From Euglena gracilis (lineage: Eukaryota): DNA of 64,000 nt. Below the pieces are notes generated by a model. The model was not told the origin of the DNA. It saw only the letters and a list, made by a program, of their open reading frames with translations, and did not search any database. This document shows, piece after piece, positions 13,136 to 27,400 of this stretch. Position numbers and translations under genes: made by a program. Location: assembly GCA_039621445.1 (NCBI GenBank), contig CP154954.1, positions 27,144,123 to 27,208,122 of the forward strand, in the 5' to 3' direction. Numbering within the stretch: position 1 is the stretch's first letter; each line of letters starts with the position of its first letter.

Positions 13136-15533
13136 TTTATTGAGTCATTTTCCTTTGGTTTTGACATAGAGGTGACATGGAGGGATAGAGGAGCTTTGGA
13201 CACTTTTGTACTGCTGGATGTAGGTTGTTGCCACCCGACGTTGCACGGCCACAGGTCAGAAGCTCATATTACTTGCCGTGGCACGTCCGCAGTCCGCAAG
13301 CAGGGAACTACGCGCAAGATCCGGCCAATCAACGTCTACGTCCTCGCGAGCAGTTGCGTGCACCGGTCGATCCCCGCGTTATGCCCTCTGCCGGTACGGG
13401 ATCGACCAGGACTCACATTGCAGGACCTGGGTCTCGAATAAGCTACTCGAGCGATACTCAGCTTGGTACTACGCGCCAGCTACCTACCGCTGTAGGCTCG
13501 TCCGCGGCACACACTCCCCTCCCAAGAGCCTTACCACAGGAGCCCAGGTACATGGGGGGGGGTCCTCGACCCCCCATGTTCACTTCCGAACTGAACTGGA
13601 CATGTTGACTTCACAGAGGGGGGGGAGAGGGGGTCCGTCGCTGAAGGCGCCGATTTTTTTATTTAAACCGGCGTTTGAGACGCCGGGTTCAGCACAGAAC
13701 CGGCGTCCCCCCCACGGGTTTTCCGGACGCCGGTTCTGTCCTAAAACCCGGCGTCCGGTTTTCATTCCTAAAAATGTCACCAAAACTGCCCAAAAGTGGC
13801 CCTAAGGCCCTAGTATGACTGTTTCAACCATCTAGGACAATGAATTTTGGCATTTGGGGACCACTAAGGTGGATATCCAAATTTGGTGAAAATTGCCCCA
13901 GATTTGGAAATAGAGTACTGTGCAGCGTGGAAAGATCTGATGGGCACTGCTGGTCGTCTGTTGAAAAGAGCTTTCGATCGAGGTGGTACCCTAACGTTGC
14001 ACGCAGCCCGAGATACGCTCGCGATCGTTGGATCGTCCAGAATCTTCGTCGAAATTTGTGGTGATTTTTGATCCAGTTTCGATCAAGAGGCAGTCTGAAC
14101 CATACAGAAACGATTTGTGTCTTCAAATTGATGATCTGAGGGATCCAGGGGGTACCAGGATTGTGAAATTAGGATTTCCCAGCGACAGGAAATAAGAGCT
14201 CCAGGCGGCGTGGCTAAATTTGGTGGTCATCACTAGTCGTCTGATGAAAAGAGCTTTCGATCGAGGGGTGAGTTTGTACCTGATGACTGACACAGCCAGA
14301 GATAGCTCGCGATCGTCGGAAAATGGTGAAATCCAAAGTAGCGTAACATTGCAGATTAGTGGTCGGAGATTGGTCCTGGGAGTGTCCTTTGACCGAAGGT
14401 TGGGGACGCGGTGTCAAAGGGGGGTAGGACGCCTGTTCAGGACCGGGTTCGGGACGCGTCACGTCCGGGACGCCGGGTTCAGGACAGAACCGGTGTCCGA
14501 CCCCTCTTTTCTGATATAGAAAAAAAGAGCCCTTTTCGGTGTTCACCCGTCGTTCCGGTTTTCGGTTTTTTTCCTGAAGTGAACAGGTACATCCAGGTAC
14601 ACGGGGGGGGGTCTCGGGACCCCCTGTTCACTTCCGAAGTGAACTGAACAAGGGGGGGGGGAGGGGGGTCCCGGGGTCCCGAAGTGGACTACCTAGCCTC
14701 CACACCAGCCCGCTGCGTCACCGAGGCCGTGGGCCCTGCTCGGGGTGTGCCTCGCACGGCCGTAGTTTGCTAGTGCCTCTCACGAGGACCCTCACCCCCG
14801 CCTATTTGGCTAATGGCCGGGCTCCTTCAGACCCCCAATCAGCCAATTAGGGGGGGGGGACAATTAGGGGGGGGGGCTCGAGGACCCCTACCCCCAATTT
14901 TTTTTCCCCTGTGCAAAATTTATCGATTTTTTGAGCATAGTTGGATTGGTCATGACTTTTTCTTATCCGGCGAATTTTAAAATTTTGGAAACGGACATTT
15001 TTGGAGGTTTTCTGAGCCCTTTTTGCGGCCTTGCCAAAATTGGCCGGTCTTGTCCCGGAGGCCAGTTAGCCAATTAGGGGGGGGGGGAAATAGGGGGGGG
15101 GTGAGGCCTGTGGCATCATTGCAAATCATGACGGAATCTGTGGCAGAAATCAATTTTGAGGCTGAAACTTTCTCGCCTTCAGATTTTTTAGAAACAACAG
15201 AATCTGATTCTGACTCAGAGAGGAGGTCAATTACATGCATAAGGCCCATCACAGTGGCAGGGCCAGAAAATTTACAGCTGGTTCCACTGCACAGCATTGA
15301 TGATGAACCAGACCCCTCAGTTTACAAAAGTGAAACAGAGGGAGAAAAAAATGCTGAAAACGCAATAATTAAGGAAATAGTCATGCGAAGAATGAAAGCT
15401 GCTAGCATATGGCCAGTAAATTTTTCAGGGTTTCAGCAAATTTATGTGTCGTCAGACAGCAGCCCAGGGCCAGAACAAAAAGTTTTGCGTTAACAGCCCA
15501 GCCAGAACCATTGTTGTTAACGCAGGGTTCTTA

Positions 15534-18188
15534 CACCTAACGCTCACAGTTTTTGGGATGTTTTGCCATAATTTTTGGACATTTTTGCCAAAATTTTTGG
15601 AACTTTTTGCAAAATATTTGTGTACGTTTTGCCATAATTTTGGACAGTTTTGCCAAATTTTTGGAATTTTTTTGCAAATGAAAAGAGTACTCTTTTCAGA
15701 GATTTGGGACTCCGCCGTCTGACAGTTTTGGGACTTTTTTTGCAAGTTTTTGGGACTTGCCATTTTTTTGTTCCCCTTTGCCCCTAGTGTGTGTTTTTGG
15801 AATGCCTGTCCATCCAAACCCCGGCATGGCTGGCAGCTCGTTCAAAACGAAGCCAAAAAATGTTATTTTTTCAAAAAAAATCCAAAAAGCATTTTTTTCT
15901 CCAAACAAAAAACTCCAGCTTTGCCAGATTGGATGCTGCACATGCAGCCCGTCGACCAAGAAGGTGTTGTCGCCATCTGACCGAGGATGAACTGGAGGAC
16001 GTCTTCTGTGGCAAAAAATGCGTCTTAGACGCATACTCCGTCCTGAGTCCTGTGTGGTAGGGGTGTTCCGGGCTTTGGCTAAGGTCTTTTTTGGCCCATC
16101 GAGTTGGTTGTTTGACGGGTTTATTTTCTCTTTTTTTTTTGATTTTTTATATTTTTTTGTCGTTTTGTCGATTTTTTGCAGTTTTCTTTTTTGTAAGTTT
16201 TTTTCCCTGGTTTTTTTTGGTTTTTTTGCTTTGTGTTTATTCATTTCTTTTCAGTTATTATACTTGTTGGAGTGCGCTTTTGTTTTTTCTATTTTTGTGC
16301 CAGTTTTTGTTTTTTTTTTTGTTGGTTTTCATTTTTTTGTTTTTTTTTGTTTTTTTTTCTTTTTTTTACGTTGTTTTTGTCATTAGTGGGTTTTGTTTGT
16401 TTTTGGCCATTTTTTGATTTTTGTTTTTTTTTTTTTGTTTGTCTTATTTTTTTGTTTTATTATTTGGTTTTTTTTTTTTTTTTTTTTTTGTTCAGTTGTT
16501 TTTTTTTTTTTTTTTTTTTTTTTCTGTTTTTTATTTTTTGTTGTGTTTTTTTTTTCATTCTTGTTTGTTTTTGTCAAATTTTTGTTTTTTTTTTCTATTT
16601 TTTTGTCTTTTTTTCTTTTGTTTTTTTTTTGTTTTTTTTTTTTTTGGCAGCCATTTTTTTTTCGTTGGCCGGCATGTGGGGCACTTCTGGGTTGCGTCCT
16701 TAGACGGTCCTGTTTCTTTTGGTTTTACCGGGATCGCTGTTCTTTGCTGGAGAAGTTTTTGTTGTTGGGCACCTTTTTCCCTAGGGGCTTGTCATAGGAC
16801 TCAAACTTTGTGCGTGGGCCAATTTGTCCCAATTTATTTTTGCCCATTTTGGTCCAGGGTCGGTGTTTTTTCTTTTGGCAGGGATCATCAGAGAGGAGGA
16901 TGGGATTTGTATTTTGGGGGTTCAAATAGATTTTGTTTTGTGGTCGTGGATGGTCTGCACCGTGCCAGTGCAGGGTTTTCAAAGACGTTTGGGGCCAGGC
17001 AGGAGGGACAGTTTTTGGGGGGGGGTGAACAAAGGTTTAGTTTGGGTTGATTGGGATTTCAAATTTAATAATGATGAGAAATGGAGGTCATTTATTAAAG
17101 GCTTTTGCCAAATAATATTGACGACAGTTATCTCGAATACGGTATGGGGTGGCGTTTTGGTTTCCCGTTTGGAAAAGTGGTTTTTTGGCCTCTGAAATTG
17201 TGAGTGTTAGGTGTATCGCGGTCCAACGGGCCATGTGAATGGTTAGCAGGGGCCCTGTTGTTGGGAGTGGTTTTGGTTTTTTGTGTTTGAAGGCAGTTTT
17301 TCGTGGTGATTTTTGTCAGATGGTTGTACAGGGTTTTCAGGAAAGCTGTTCAAAATGGGGAAGTATTTTTTGAAAAACACACCCACGGTGCTGTCATGGG
17401 TTGGCCAGTTCCGAAACATTTGGTACCCATTACACCTAAAGTGCCCATTTTGGCACAAAATCAGCCAGAAAACATATTTCCCTCCCTCCCTCACCCCCCA
17501 ATTGGCCAATTGGTCTCCAGGACAAGACGGACCAAATTCGGTAAGGTTGCAAAAGGGCTTGGAAAGCCTCCAATAAAGTCCGTTTTGATATTTTTGATAT
17601 TTTCCGAATAAGAAACGTTGTGGCAAATCCCACGAATCCCACTGTGCACAAAAAATTGACCAATTTTGCACAGTTAAAAAATTAGGGGGATCCTTGAGCC
17701 CCCCTAATTGTCCCCCCCCCCCCCAATATCTCACCCCCCCTCCACCCTTCCGGCGGAAAAAAAAGGCCGGTTCAGGGAAGGGGAGATGTTGGGGGGGGGG
17801 TCAAATTTGCTTTTGGCACCTTTGGCGTCGAAGGCAAATGCCTACTTGCTTTGAGGGAGGAAAAATTGGCAAAACGCTTTGGTCACTTCGGGGAAGGGGG
17901 GGACACTGGGGGGGGGTGAGGCATTTTTACTGGGTATGATCTGATTTACATCAGCTGTGTTGCTCTGAAGAGCCGTGGGGTTGCTGGTTTGTTTAGAGAG
18001 TTGTTTGTTGGATTTGGAGAGCTTTTGCAAAAAGTCCCAAAAATTTTGACCGCCGAGTCCCAAAGTCTCTGCAACGGAATCCCAAAAATGTGGCAATGGT
18101 CCCAGGCGTTTTGGCAAAAGAGCCCAAAATTATGGCAAAAGTGGTCAACAATTTTGGCGGGACGTCCCAAAATTGTGAGTGTTAGGTG
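15534..18188. mobile_element. Non-autonomous TIR element, TA TSD (clean copy 30684-32029)
   Basis: TA|cacctaacgctcaca ... tgtgagtgttaggtg|TA with inverted subterminal ttttgcca/tggcaaaa repeats. Confidence 0.75.
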
Positions 18189-19134
18189 TAATCGCGGTCA
18201 ACACAGCCAGCTGCCCAACTGCAGGTTTTTCAGCCAGCCCAGCCGTTTTCGGCTGAGATAGCTGTCCCAGCCCAGATGCCTGGGCAGTTTTTTTCACCCA
18301 GCCCAGCAGTTTTTGGCTGAGTCATCTGTCCCACCAATCATGGGGCCAGCCCAGATGACTTTACAGGGTTTTCAGCCAGCCCAGCAGTTTTCGGCCAAGA
18401 CATCTGTCCCAGCAACCATGGGGCTGTTGGGGGTGTGGGCCTCACAACCCCCACAACCCCCTGGTGGCTGGCCCCTGGCGCCTGCAGGCCCTGCCACTGG
18501 CTGGGAGCCATCAATTCACCCAGGGGGCCTGGCACCCACCTGGGATTTTCCTTGGCACTTTTCATGGTAATCCCACTTCCCAATTCCCAGCGCTGGCACA
18601 AATCAAGACACTTTCCAGAACTGAACCACCAAAGTCAAACTGAACATGCTGCGCGCCACTACAAGCAAAAACACAGACAGAATTTTACGTAAATCCTAAT
18701 TCTTCTGCTGGAATCCTAATTTTCTTCCCAGCGCCCACACTCCCCTCCTTAAAAAGCTGCCCAGGGCAGCCAAACCCGCCTTCGGCAAAAGGGCGCTGGG
18801 TATTTTTTTTTGGCAAACACAATCTCGACTCCATCTTTCTGTCTGTCCGTTTTTTTTTTCTTCGTTGGGGGCGGGGCGGGGTTCGAAGGCTGACCCTTAG
18901 GGGGGTCGGTCTCCTACAGCAGCACGGGGGAGCAGCAGGCACCCGCACCACCTTGGGCTGTTCTGGCAGGCGTTCCCCCCCAGAACAGTCCAAAGATACC
19001 CCTTGGGCGTCATCTCTGGAATTTTTTTCCTCCCGTTTTTTTTCCCGTCTCTCTTTTTTGCCCGTCCAGAGATGGGGGTCCAGGGGCTGGTGAGGGTCCT
19101 GGGAAGGGGGCTCGCAGGTGCAGGGGGTTACGAG

Positions 19135-19370
19135 TGGGAGGGTTTCGGCCACAGGCCCGGGAGGAGGACCCAGCCCACACCGCCCCGGCGGGCTTCGGCC
19201 ACAGCGCCTGAGGGCTTCGAGTCGTCGACTGCCGGCCACAGCTTGGGAGGGCTTCAGCCACAGCACACGGGAGGGGACCCAGCTCCACCGTCCCGGGAGG
19301 GCTTCGGCCACAACCCATGAGGGCTTCGAATGGGCGGCTTCCAGCCACAGCTGGTGAGAGCTTCGGCCCA
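19135..19370 (+). repeat. GC-rich higher-order minisatellite (ggagggcttcggccaca)
   Basis: Core repeated about 7 times with ~110-bp super-period; copy at 32973-33210. Confidence 0.8.
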
Positions 19371-19984
19371 GGCTTGCAAGGGGGTACATCAGGGCTGCAT
19401 AGAGGTAGAGGTAGAGTTCAAAGGTCTCCACCTCTATGTCAACCACCTCTACCTCTACCTCCACCTCTATGTCACCTCTATGTCTATAAAATGTACCAAA
19501 AGTGCAACAAAAAGAGTCATAAAACACCCCATATGCTCGGAAAATGGCAATTTTGCATGAAAACCCATGCAAAACGGCGAGGGGATGACAGGACAAGAGC
19601 ACTTTTTTTGGCCAAAAATGGTCAAAATTAACCGAAAATGGCATTTTTGGATTAGTTTTCAGAAATTTTGATGGAAATACATGAGCCATCAACCTCAAAA
19701 TGACTATTTTGAGAGGAGAAACAGCAAAATTTCTTCCATCAAAATTTCACCCCTAACCGCTTTGATGATGATGATCAAAGTGGTGAAGTTCACTGGTGAA
19801 CTTCACCGGTGAAAAATAGCCAAGGGTGCCCCCCCCTCCCCCCTCCGGTGAATATTCGGTGAACTTCACTGGGGGTCCGAGACCCCCAAGAGCATAATCA
19901 CCCACCAACCCACCCCCTGGGGGGGACAGGGGTGGGGGCAGCTCGGGGGGACCCTCTTTTGGGGGGTCAATTTTGGGGTCAAAA

Positions 19985-20037
19985 AATTGAATTGAATTGA
20001 ATTGAATTGAATTGAATTGAATTGAATTGAATTGAAT
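19985..20037 (+). repeat. (AATTG)n microsatellite (copy 33821-33874)
   Basis: Direct reading. Confidence 0.95.
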
Positions 20038-20211
20038 AGAAAAAAAACCTGCCTCTGGCGGGGTCAGGGGATTTCTTAAGGACCCCCTGCGGGGGGGGGG
20101 GGTCCAGCCTCCGGCTGGAGAAAAGGCTGGTGGCTGGAAACGAACTGCTGCTGGACCCCCCCCCCCGGGTCAGACTTGGGGCACCAAATGAAGGTCAGCA
20201 TGAGGTTCTAC

Positions 20212-20666
20212 CAGGCATTTGCTTAAGGGATTGCAGTACCCCCCCCGGGGGGGGGGCTGGACTACAGCTAGTCCAAATTTGGCGAGGGGGTGTTCTAGCA
20301 GACCCCCCCCCCCCGGGGGGGGTCTGCTAGCAGGGCTAGCTAGTGGGAAAACTGTTTCCAGTGACCGGCGCGAAGCGCCGAAAATTTTTTTTGGGACCCC
20401 CAAAAATGGCCAAAAATGCCCGTTTTTGGCCATTTTTGGAAATTTTTGGAACAAAATCAGCCAAAAACCTATTAAAAACCTCATTTTTCCTCCGGCGCGC
20501 AGCGCCGGAGGAAAATTTTTTTTCCAGTCCGGGGGACCCCCGGACCCCCCCCCCCCCCCCCCCGGGGGGGGGGAGGGGGGGGTCTAGCTAGTCCACTTTT
20601 TCCAGTGTCTAGCCGATTGGCTAGCCAGTACCCCCCCCCCCCCGGGGGTCCTTAAGCAAAAGCCTG
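20212..20666. mobile_element. hAT-like MITE, 8-bp TSD ggttctac (copy 34050-34504)
   Basis: caggcatttgcttaagg / ccttaagcaaaagcctg. Confidence 0.85.
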
Positions 20667-23358
20667 GGTTCTACACATGGCCACACACTGCTGCACACAT
20701 GCCGACGTTGCTACCACCACCACCGGCAGCAGCAATGATGCTATGGAGTGAATATATTTCTCATCAACATTATTCATTTCATTCCCGAGGAAATAAATAA
20801 AGCTCTGCCTGCCACTTCTTCACTTTAAAACAAACCGTGGAGGGTGAATGCCTGGAAACAATCTGCAAGACGGTTGGGATGCCACAGGACATTGGCTTGA
20901 CGGTGTGTACATAGGTATATACAGGCGATGGTGTCGCGGCCGGCATGCCGGCAGCCCGTTTAGACAGTGGGGGGAGGCAAGCCATAGCCACGTCCACTGT
21001 TGAGCTTGTAGGCATCGGGATGAAAAAGTCAACCATATGCCACCAAATAAGGCTTTAGAAGTGTCACACCCGGTGAAATTTCAAACGGTGAATTTCACCA
21101 TAGGGGGGAGGGGAGGGTCCAAAATGACCAAAGTCTACTGCCTGATCTCCCTTGGTCTCTATGTTGAGAAGACCTTCTCCAGCCTTGGGCGGTGATGGCA
21201 AGGGACTGGACAGAAAAAGTTTAAAAATTAATCATGAAATTTCAAGTTTTGCGTATTGTTTCAGAGCATGCCTTTCAACAATGTTTTGGGGACAAACCAA
21301 TCAGAGGTTTTGGACCCGGGGGGAGGGGGTGGTCCGAAGGCTTACCCCCCTACCCCCTCAAAAGCAATGGTTTCAAATTAGGCAGGCCTTCCTGTGCACC
21401 ACTGCCTTTTCTTTTTCTCCCGCGTCCTCTTTTCAGGTTCACAACCATGCAGGTTCTCACACCCATGACGTTGTACTCCAACGGGCGCAGCATCACTGTG
21501 TACGCCCCCTCCACCCTCTCCCCCACCCCTCCGGCAGGTGGAGGCTTCCCACCCAGTGGTCCACCGCTTCCGCCGTCTATTGGGATTCCAAATGCCCCTG
21601 CAGCCGCCGCAGAAGGTTGGAATCCAGGTGCCGGCCCTTTGGGCTCTCCTGGCACTTTTCATTTGAGTCCGCTTGGCATTTGTCTCAGCTTCAGGTTCCC
21701 GATGATGTCATGCATTACCTTATCTAGTAATCCATCCATGCATTTCTTTTTGTGTTTTGAAAAAATGGATTATTTCGCAGGTTTGCACGGGTATGGGATC
21801 TCACCAGTTTTTTTTTAAAAAAACTCCGAACGGTTTTTTCTTCTTCAAAAAATGGGTCAAAATGCTTTTGTTTTGAATCACAGCTTTTTAATCTTCAAAA
21901 ATCCCTCCTCGTTGAGTCAGATTTGCTATGCCGATGCCCCCAGGTGGACAAATAGCTGGCCAGCCTGCTCAGTTTACCTTAACTCCCCCATACATGGATT
22001 GTCATCACCAAATTCACTAACATACATTCATTCCCTCCATTCCCTGATTCTCGTGGTGATCGCCAATACGGGCAGTCGGTTTGAGCTTTTGATGCCTGGA
22101 AGGAGCCGAAATGGGTGAAGTGCTCTTTGGTCTCCAGCAAAACCATGCTGCGAATTGCAAGGTGTTTTGTTCACCCAGCATACCAATGCTGAATGATACC
22201 AAAAAGATAACCAAACACTCACCCCACCGGTCCGTCTTGTTCCTTAAAAATTCGTTTGAAGCCTTCTGAAATCAGGATACCTTAAAAACTTCAGCTCGAA
22301 AATGTTTTAATTATTGTGAAATCTGCAAGCCAAGGTTGAATTGTAAATGGGACCAGTTGAACCCAGCAGCGAAGGAGTATCATTGCCTGCTTTTCTTTTC
22401 ATTGTCCTCGGGGTTTGTAGGGTTCATATGGGGCTCATACCAACCCCGCCTTGGCGTATTGGATGTGGGGGGCAGTTGACCCAAGAGCCCTGTTCCTTGC
22501 GTGGGGGATCCCGAGGGTGGGTCAAAAATGCTTTAACTGACCCACCCAGTGGATGACGTTCATGAGTGGAAGCCAGTTTTTTGTTTCTAGTGTTTATCAG
22601 GCCTGTGTTGTGGTTTTTTGATCTTTCAATACTCACACTCCAGAACTTTTGGACCACATCTTCACGGTTGCAAGCCAGTCCTTGACCCCATTACCTCCGG
22701 CAGTGGGCTTGTCAGGACCGCTCCACCTTGCACCCCCCAGCCTGCTGCCCGCCAGCCCGCCTCTCTTTGGGCCCGGCCCCGTGGCCCCCACTGTGGTCCC
22801 TCCCATCCCTGCAACGCCTGGGCCGATGGGAACCCTGTTCAGCGGGGTCCCCCCCCAGCCCCAGCCCCCTCCCATCGTTCCCGAGTGGACGTTCATTTAC
22901 CCATTTCCCCATTCCGGAAAAATTGACTCCAAAACAACGTTTTCTGCTCTTTTCTTTTTGTATCAGTTCATTTGGGCTTTCTCCGCGACTGTGAAACGCT
23001 TCCCTCCGATGAAGTCATTATCCGTGTGCGTTTGATGGTCAATCAATGCCCAGCCCCAATCTTTTCTCCATCCCAGCTCCGACAGTGCCTGTCCTTCCAA
23101 CCACAGAGTGACTCATATTTCCAAGCAAGTTAACTTCCAGGCGCTCCCCACCGCCCCCTTTGGTTGGGAGCCCTTCAGGAAGAGCATGTTGCTCCTGGGA
23201 GGGACGACGAGTCTCTTGACTACATGTTTGCCCCAGCAGGCTTTATCCCAAGCTGTGGTTGCAACAGCATTTTTTTTTTAAAAAACAAAAGTTGTTCCCG
23301 GTGTTCAGAGAATTTTGCCTGGCTGACAGAAATTAAATTATTAATATTATTAACATTG

Positions 23359-24052
23359 CAGGGGGGGAAATGCGTTGCGCATTTTTCCGCATTTTTGCGC
23401 ATTTTTTTTTGCGCATTTTTGCCAATTTTTCACAACTGCGCGCGCATTTTTTTGCGCATTTTTTTGCACATTTCCCCCCGTTTTTTTGCACATTTTCCAT
23501 TTTTTGCGCATTTTTTGCGCATTTTTTTGCCCAATTTTGCATATTTTGCCATTTTTGCACATTTTCCACCCAAATCATATTGCTCACCGAATTTTGCCCA
23601 CGTTCAACTGACCCATTTCTGTAACCAACGAACCCATTGTCGCACTTTTTTTTCCACCCAAGGGACCCGCCTCAAGAGAAAACCCATGGGTGATGAGGTG
23701 TGAGTACTCATCCAATGACAATGAGGACACTAGGGGTTTCAGAGACCCCACATTGACACGTAACCAAGGCGGGACTCCCACTCCCCTGGTCACAAGTAAG
23801 GGGCAACCATGGCTGACATTGTTGGTTATGGTGAACGGAGAGTGACGCCTTGGTCATGCATTTTTTGGCCAAAATGCCTTCATTTCAGCTCTTTTTGGTG
23901 ATTTTGGTTTAATTTTGGGTTTACTGTTGGAAATTTTTCTAAGTCCTTTTTCCTTAGGAATGTCACAAACTCAGCGCATTTTTTGCGCATTTCTTTGTGC
24001 ATTTTTGCGCATTTTTTTCCGAGGGCCGTCCAGCGCATTCCCCCCCCCCCTG
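23359..24052. mobile_element. MITE, CAG(G)n ends, 7-bp TSD aacattg (copy 37175-37949)
   Basis: cag-Gn-aaatgcgttg / cagcgcatt-Cn-tg; ttttgcgca arrays. Confidence 0.85.
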
Positions 24053-24438
24053 AACATTGTTAATTTAGCCATTATTGATGGTGGAAAGAAATTAAACCGC
24101 CTCATGGGTGGTCCACAGTGAAAAAAAAAGAGACTTCCGACTTGGTGTTTGAGAAGGACCATTCACAACTGATTGTTAGAAAATACATGGTACGCTTCCT
24201 TCAATAATAATCGGAAAAACTTTCAGAAACGGGTCCCAAATGGCATTAATGTGGTAAAGAGCGGTGGCGCAATGCGGAGCTATCCCGAGGATCCTTAAGT
24301 TCTGTTGAATTATTAAAATAATAAATAAATAATGAACGGAGGGAGTTTATCAAGGTGGGTTCAGTTGTATTCTGGCAGAAAATATTTCTATGTTGTTGTT
24401 CCTGTTGCTGTATTACCTACCTCCGATAATTTGCTTCT

Positions 24439-27400
24439 GGAGCTCCACCCTCCCAGAGGGCTGGTTGCACTCCTGGGCTGGAACCTTTCCGTGACACTCG
24501 GTTCAGGGCCGGGCTATTCAAGGCCCGAAGGCACCCAGAGTAGTCAGGTCGGGCTAGTCAAGGCCCCATGGGCACCCGAACGCGTGGTGTGAGGTTTGCT
24601 CGGCCCCCAGGGCGCCCCACACCACACGACGCTCCTGACTGCTGCTCCTGCCGACCCCTCACCGTGGTGGTGTGGAGATGGGCTCGTCGAGGCCGAGGAT
24701 TACCATGCCCCCCCCTTTGCTGTCCCCCCCCCCCTGCTGTTCCCATTGGGGTGACGGGAACAGTACAGTGTCATAGCACTTTTTGTAAAGGATTCTTGGA
24801 ACACAAGGTTAAAAAGGGATTTTTTTGGTCGGTTTTAGGTGCTTTCCATCCCACCAAATCCAACCTAATGCCAAAATGGATGTTGTGAAACCAAAAAAGC
24901 TTCATTTTGGCATTTTAGGTCGCCTTTTGGGTCTAACTTGGTTGGTTGGTTCATGGCCCATGGGAACAGTAAGAGGGGGGGGAGCTTGTCCCCCCCCCCC
25001 TTACTGTCCCCCCCCCCCTTACTGTTCCCATGGACCCAAAAGGCGTCCACGTGACGGGAACAGTAAGGGGGGGGACATGGTACACCCGCGCGGTGCTGGC
25101 ATCCATCCTCCTCCTGCCATGTCACCCTCGGGATTCGGGGCTCACCACTTTTCATGGATCGCCTTTGTCCCGAGGCCATGCTCGCCCCAAGGCGCTCCGA
25201 CTGCTTCCACAGGGGCTTACATGGGCCTGACTGTACATTGAGCCACCATGCGCAGGTGCCTCCACGGCGACCGCCCTGTGTTTAGGTGACCGGCCGGTGA
25301 CCCGGTCGATAGCGATCCCCGACACCGGTGCGCCACACTCCGGTGCTACCCAAAAGGGGCCAGAGCCCCCGCTGGGCCACCCAGGTTTCCCCGGGGAGGA
25401 ACCGACGGTCTGATCCATAGCCCCCCGCCGGGGGCTCCCGGATCTGGCCTGGGGGGGGGGGTTGTGGGCCGACCCTAGGGTCGGCCCACGGTCGCCAAAG
25501 GGGGGTTGGTACACCCCTCCCCCCCCCTCTCCGAGGGGCTCGTCACGCCATTTACCCCCCCTCCCCCCCCTAGCCGCTAGCCGGACCCCCTCGCCACACC
25601 ACCCAACACATTTTTCATTGTGCAACCATGGTGCACCCCCCCCCCCACATCCGAGACCCCCTCGCCACACCATTTTCCGGCCATTTCCCCCCCCCCCCCC
25701 TCCCCCTATTCGGACCCCCTCGCCACGGCGTACCAACCCCCCAAAGGTCGCCAAAGGTCGCTATGGTCGACCCCCCCCAGGCTGTGGAGTGGGTGGCGAC
25801 CCTAGAAATCCTTGTGGGCCGACCCTAGGGTCGACTTAGGGTCGGCCCACCCCACGACCTCCCCCCCCTGCCACCGCAGGGTCAGTCGACTTAGGGTCGG
25901 CCCACCCAAGGTTGACGGCTTGTTTTTTTTGAAACAAAAAAAACATGTTTTTTTAAAAAAATATGTTTTTTTTAAAAAAAACGTCATGGAGGGTTTGGGG
26001 GAAAATTTTTTGCAATGTTTTTTTTTGAATACCTAATTTGACAAAGTATTCAGGTAGATTCCTAATTTTCAGGCAAAAATTTTGCAAAATTTAGACTGGT
26101 GATGCCTAATTTGGTGTCAAAATACTAATTTTCGGTTGGGGGATTCCTAATTTGGAGCCAAAAAGGATTTCCCCCCCAAAATTCGTTTTCGGTGATTCCT
26201 AATTTGCCCACCGAAAATGTGGTGTTTCCCCGTGTCCCCCGCTCCCCCCTGTTCCCCCCCCCCCCCGACCCGAACCACACCCAAAAAATTTTCCTAAAAA
26301 AATGGCGATTTCGCAAGGAAAAAGGTCAATTTTTGCTTTTCAAAAAAAACATGTTTTTTTTGCGTTTTTTTAAAAAAACATGTTTTTTTGTTTTTTAAAA
26401 AAACAAAAAAACGTCAACCCTGGGCCCACCCCACGACCTCCCCCCCCTCCAAAGAAAAAAAAGAAAATTTTGGGAACATTGACTTGGGACGCTAGGAATT
26501 TGGCAGGTCTGAATTGCTGCCTGCCCAACCGTTTTGGATGGCAAACCCCTTTTGTTGCCCAACTGTTCGAGGGCCCCTAAATAACAAAATCCCTTGTGTT
26601 ACCCACCCGTTTTGGGGGGCAAATCCCTTGTGTAACCCAACTGATTTGGGGGGCAAATCCCTTTTGTTGCCCAACTATTCGAGGGCCCCAAAATAACAAA
26701 ATCCCTTGTGTTAGCCATCCGTTTTGGGGGGCAAATACCTTTTGTTGCAAAACTGTTCGAGGGCCCCTAAATAGCAACATACCTTGTGTTACCCACCCGT
26801 GTTTGTATGCAAATCCCTTTTTGTTGCCCAACTGTTCGAGGGCCCTAAATAACAAAATCCCTTGTGTTACCCACCCGTTTTGGGGGGCAAATACCTTGTG
26901 TAACCCAACTGATTTGGGGGGCAAATCCCTTTTGTTGCCCAACTGTTCGAGGGCCCCAAAATAACAAAATCCCTTGTGTTACCCACCCAGGGCCCCGAAA
27001 GAACAAATTCCCTTCTATGTTGGCAACATACTTGGTGGCTAAGTTGTTTTGTGGTTCACTTTGGCGACGTTTGGCGACCGTGGGCCGACCCTAGGGTTGG
27101 CCCACTACCCCCCCCCCCCCCCCAGGCCAGTTCCTGGAATGGGGGGGGGGTGGTGGTGGGGGTGGGCCGACCCTAAGTCGTCCCTAGGGTCGGCCCACGA
27201 CCCTAAGGCGACCCTAGGGTCGGCCCACTAGGGGGGTTTCCCAGACGGCTCCTTGGGCGACTTTTGACGACCTTTGGCGACCGTGGGCCGACCCTAGGGT
27301 CGGCCCACAACCCCCCCCCCCGCGCCACAACCCCCCCCCCCCCCCCCCCGCCGGGTGCATACGAACTTTGACCGTTTTCACCGGCCTTGCCTGTTCACCT

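Larger units (their letters stand above)
9351..24438 (+). repeat. Tandem segmental duplication, copy 1 (~15.1 kb)
   Basis: ggagctccaccctcccagag at 9351 and 24439; colinear near-identity throughout. Confidence 0.95.

Noticed and set aside
16056-17420. Long Phe-rich/Lys-rich ORFs
   Set aside because: Poly-T low-complexity sequence absent from the duplicate copy; probable unpolished read noise
19135-19370. CRISPR-like ggagggcttcggccaca array and the 337-aa minus-strand ORF over it
   Set aside because: Higher-order minisatellite; the ORF is a by-product of stop-poor repeats
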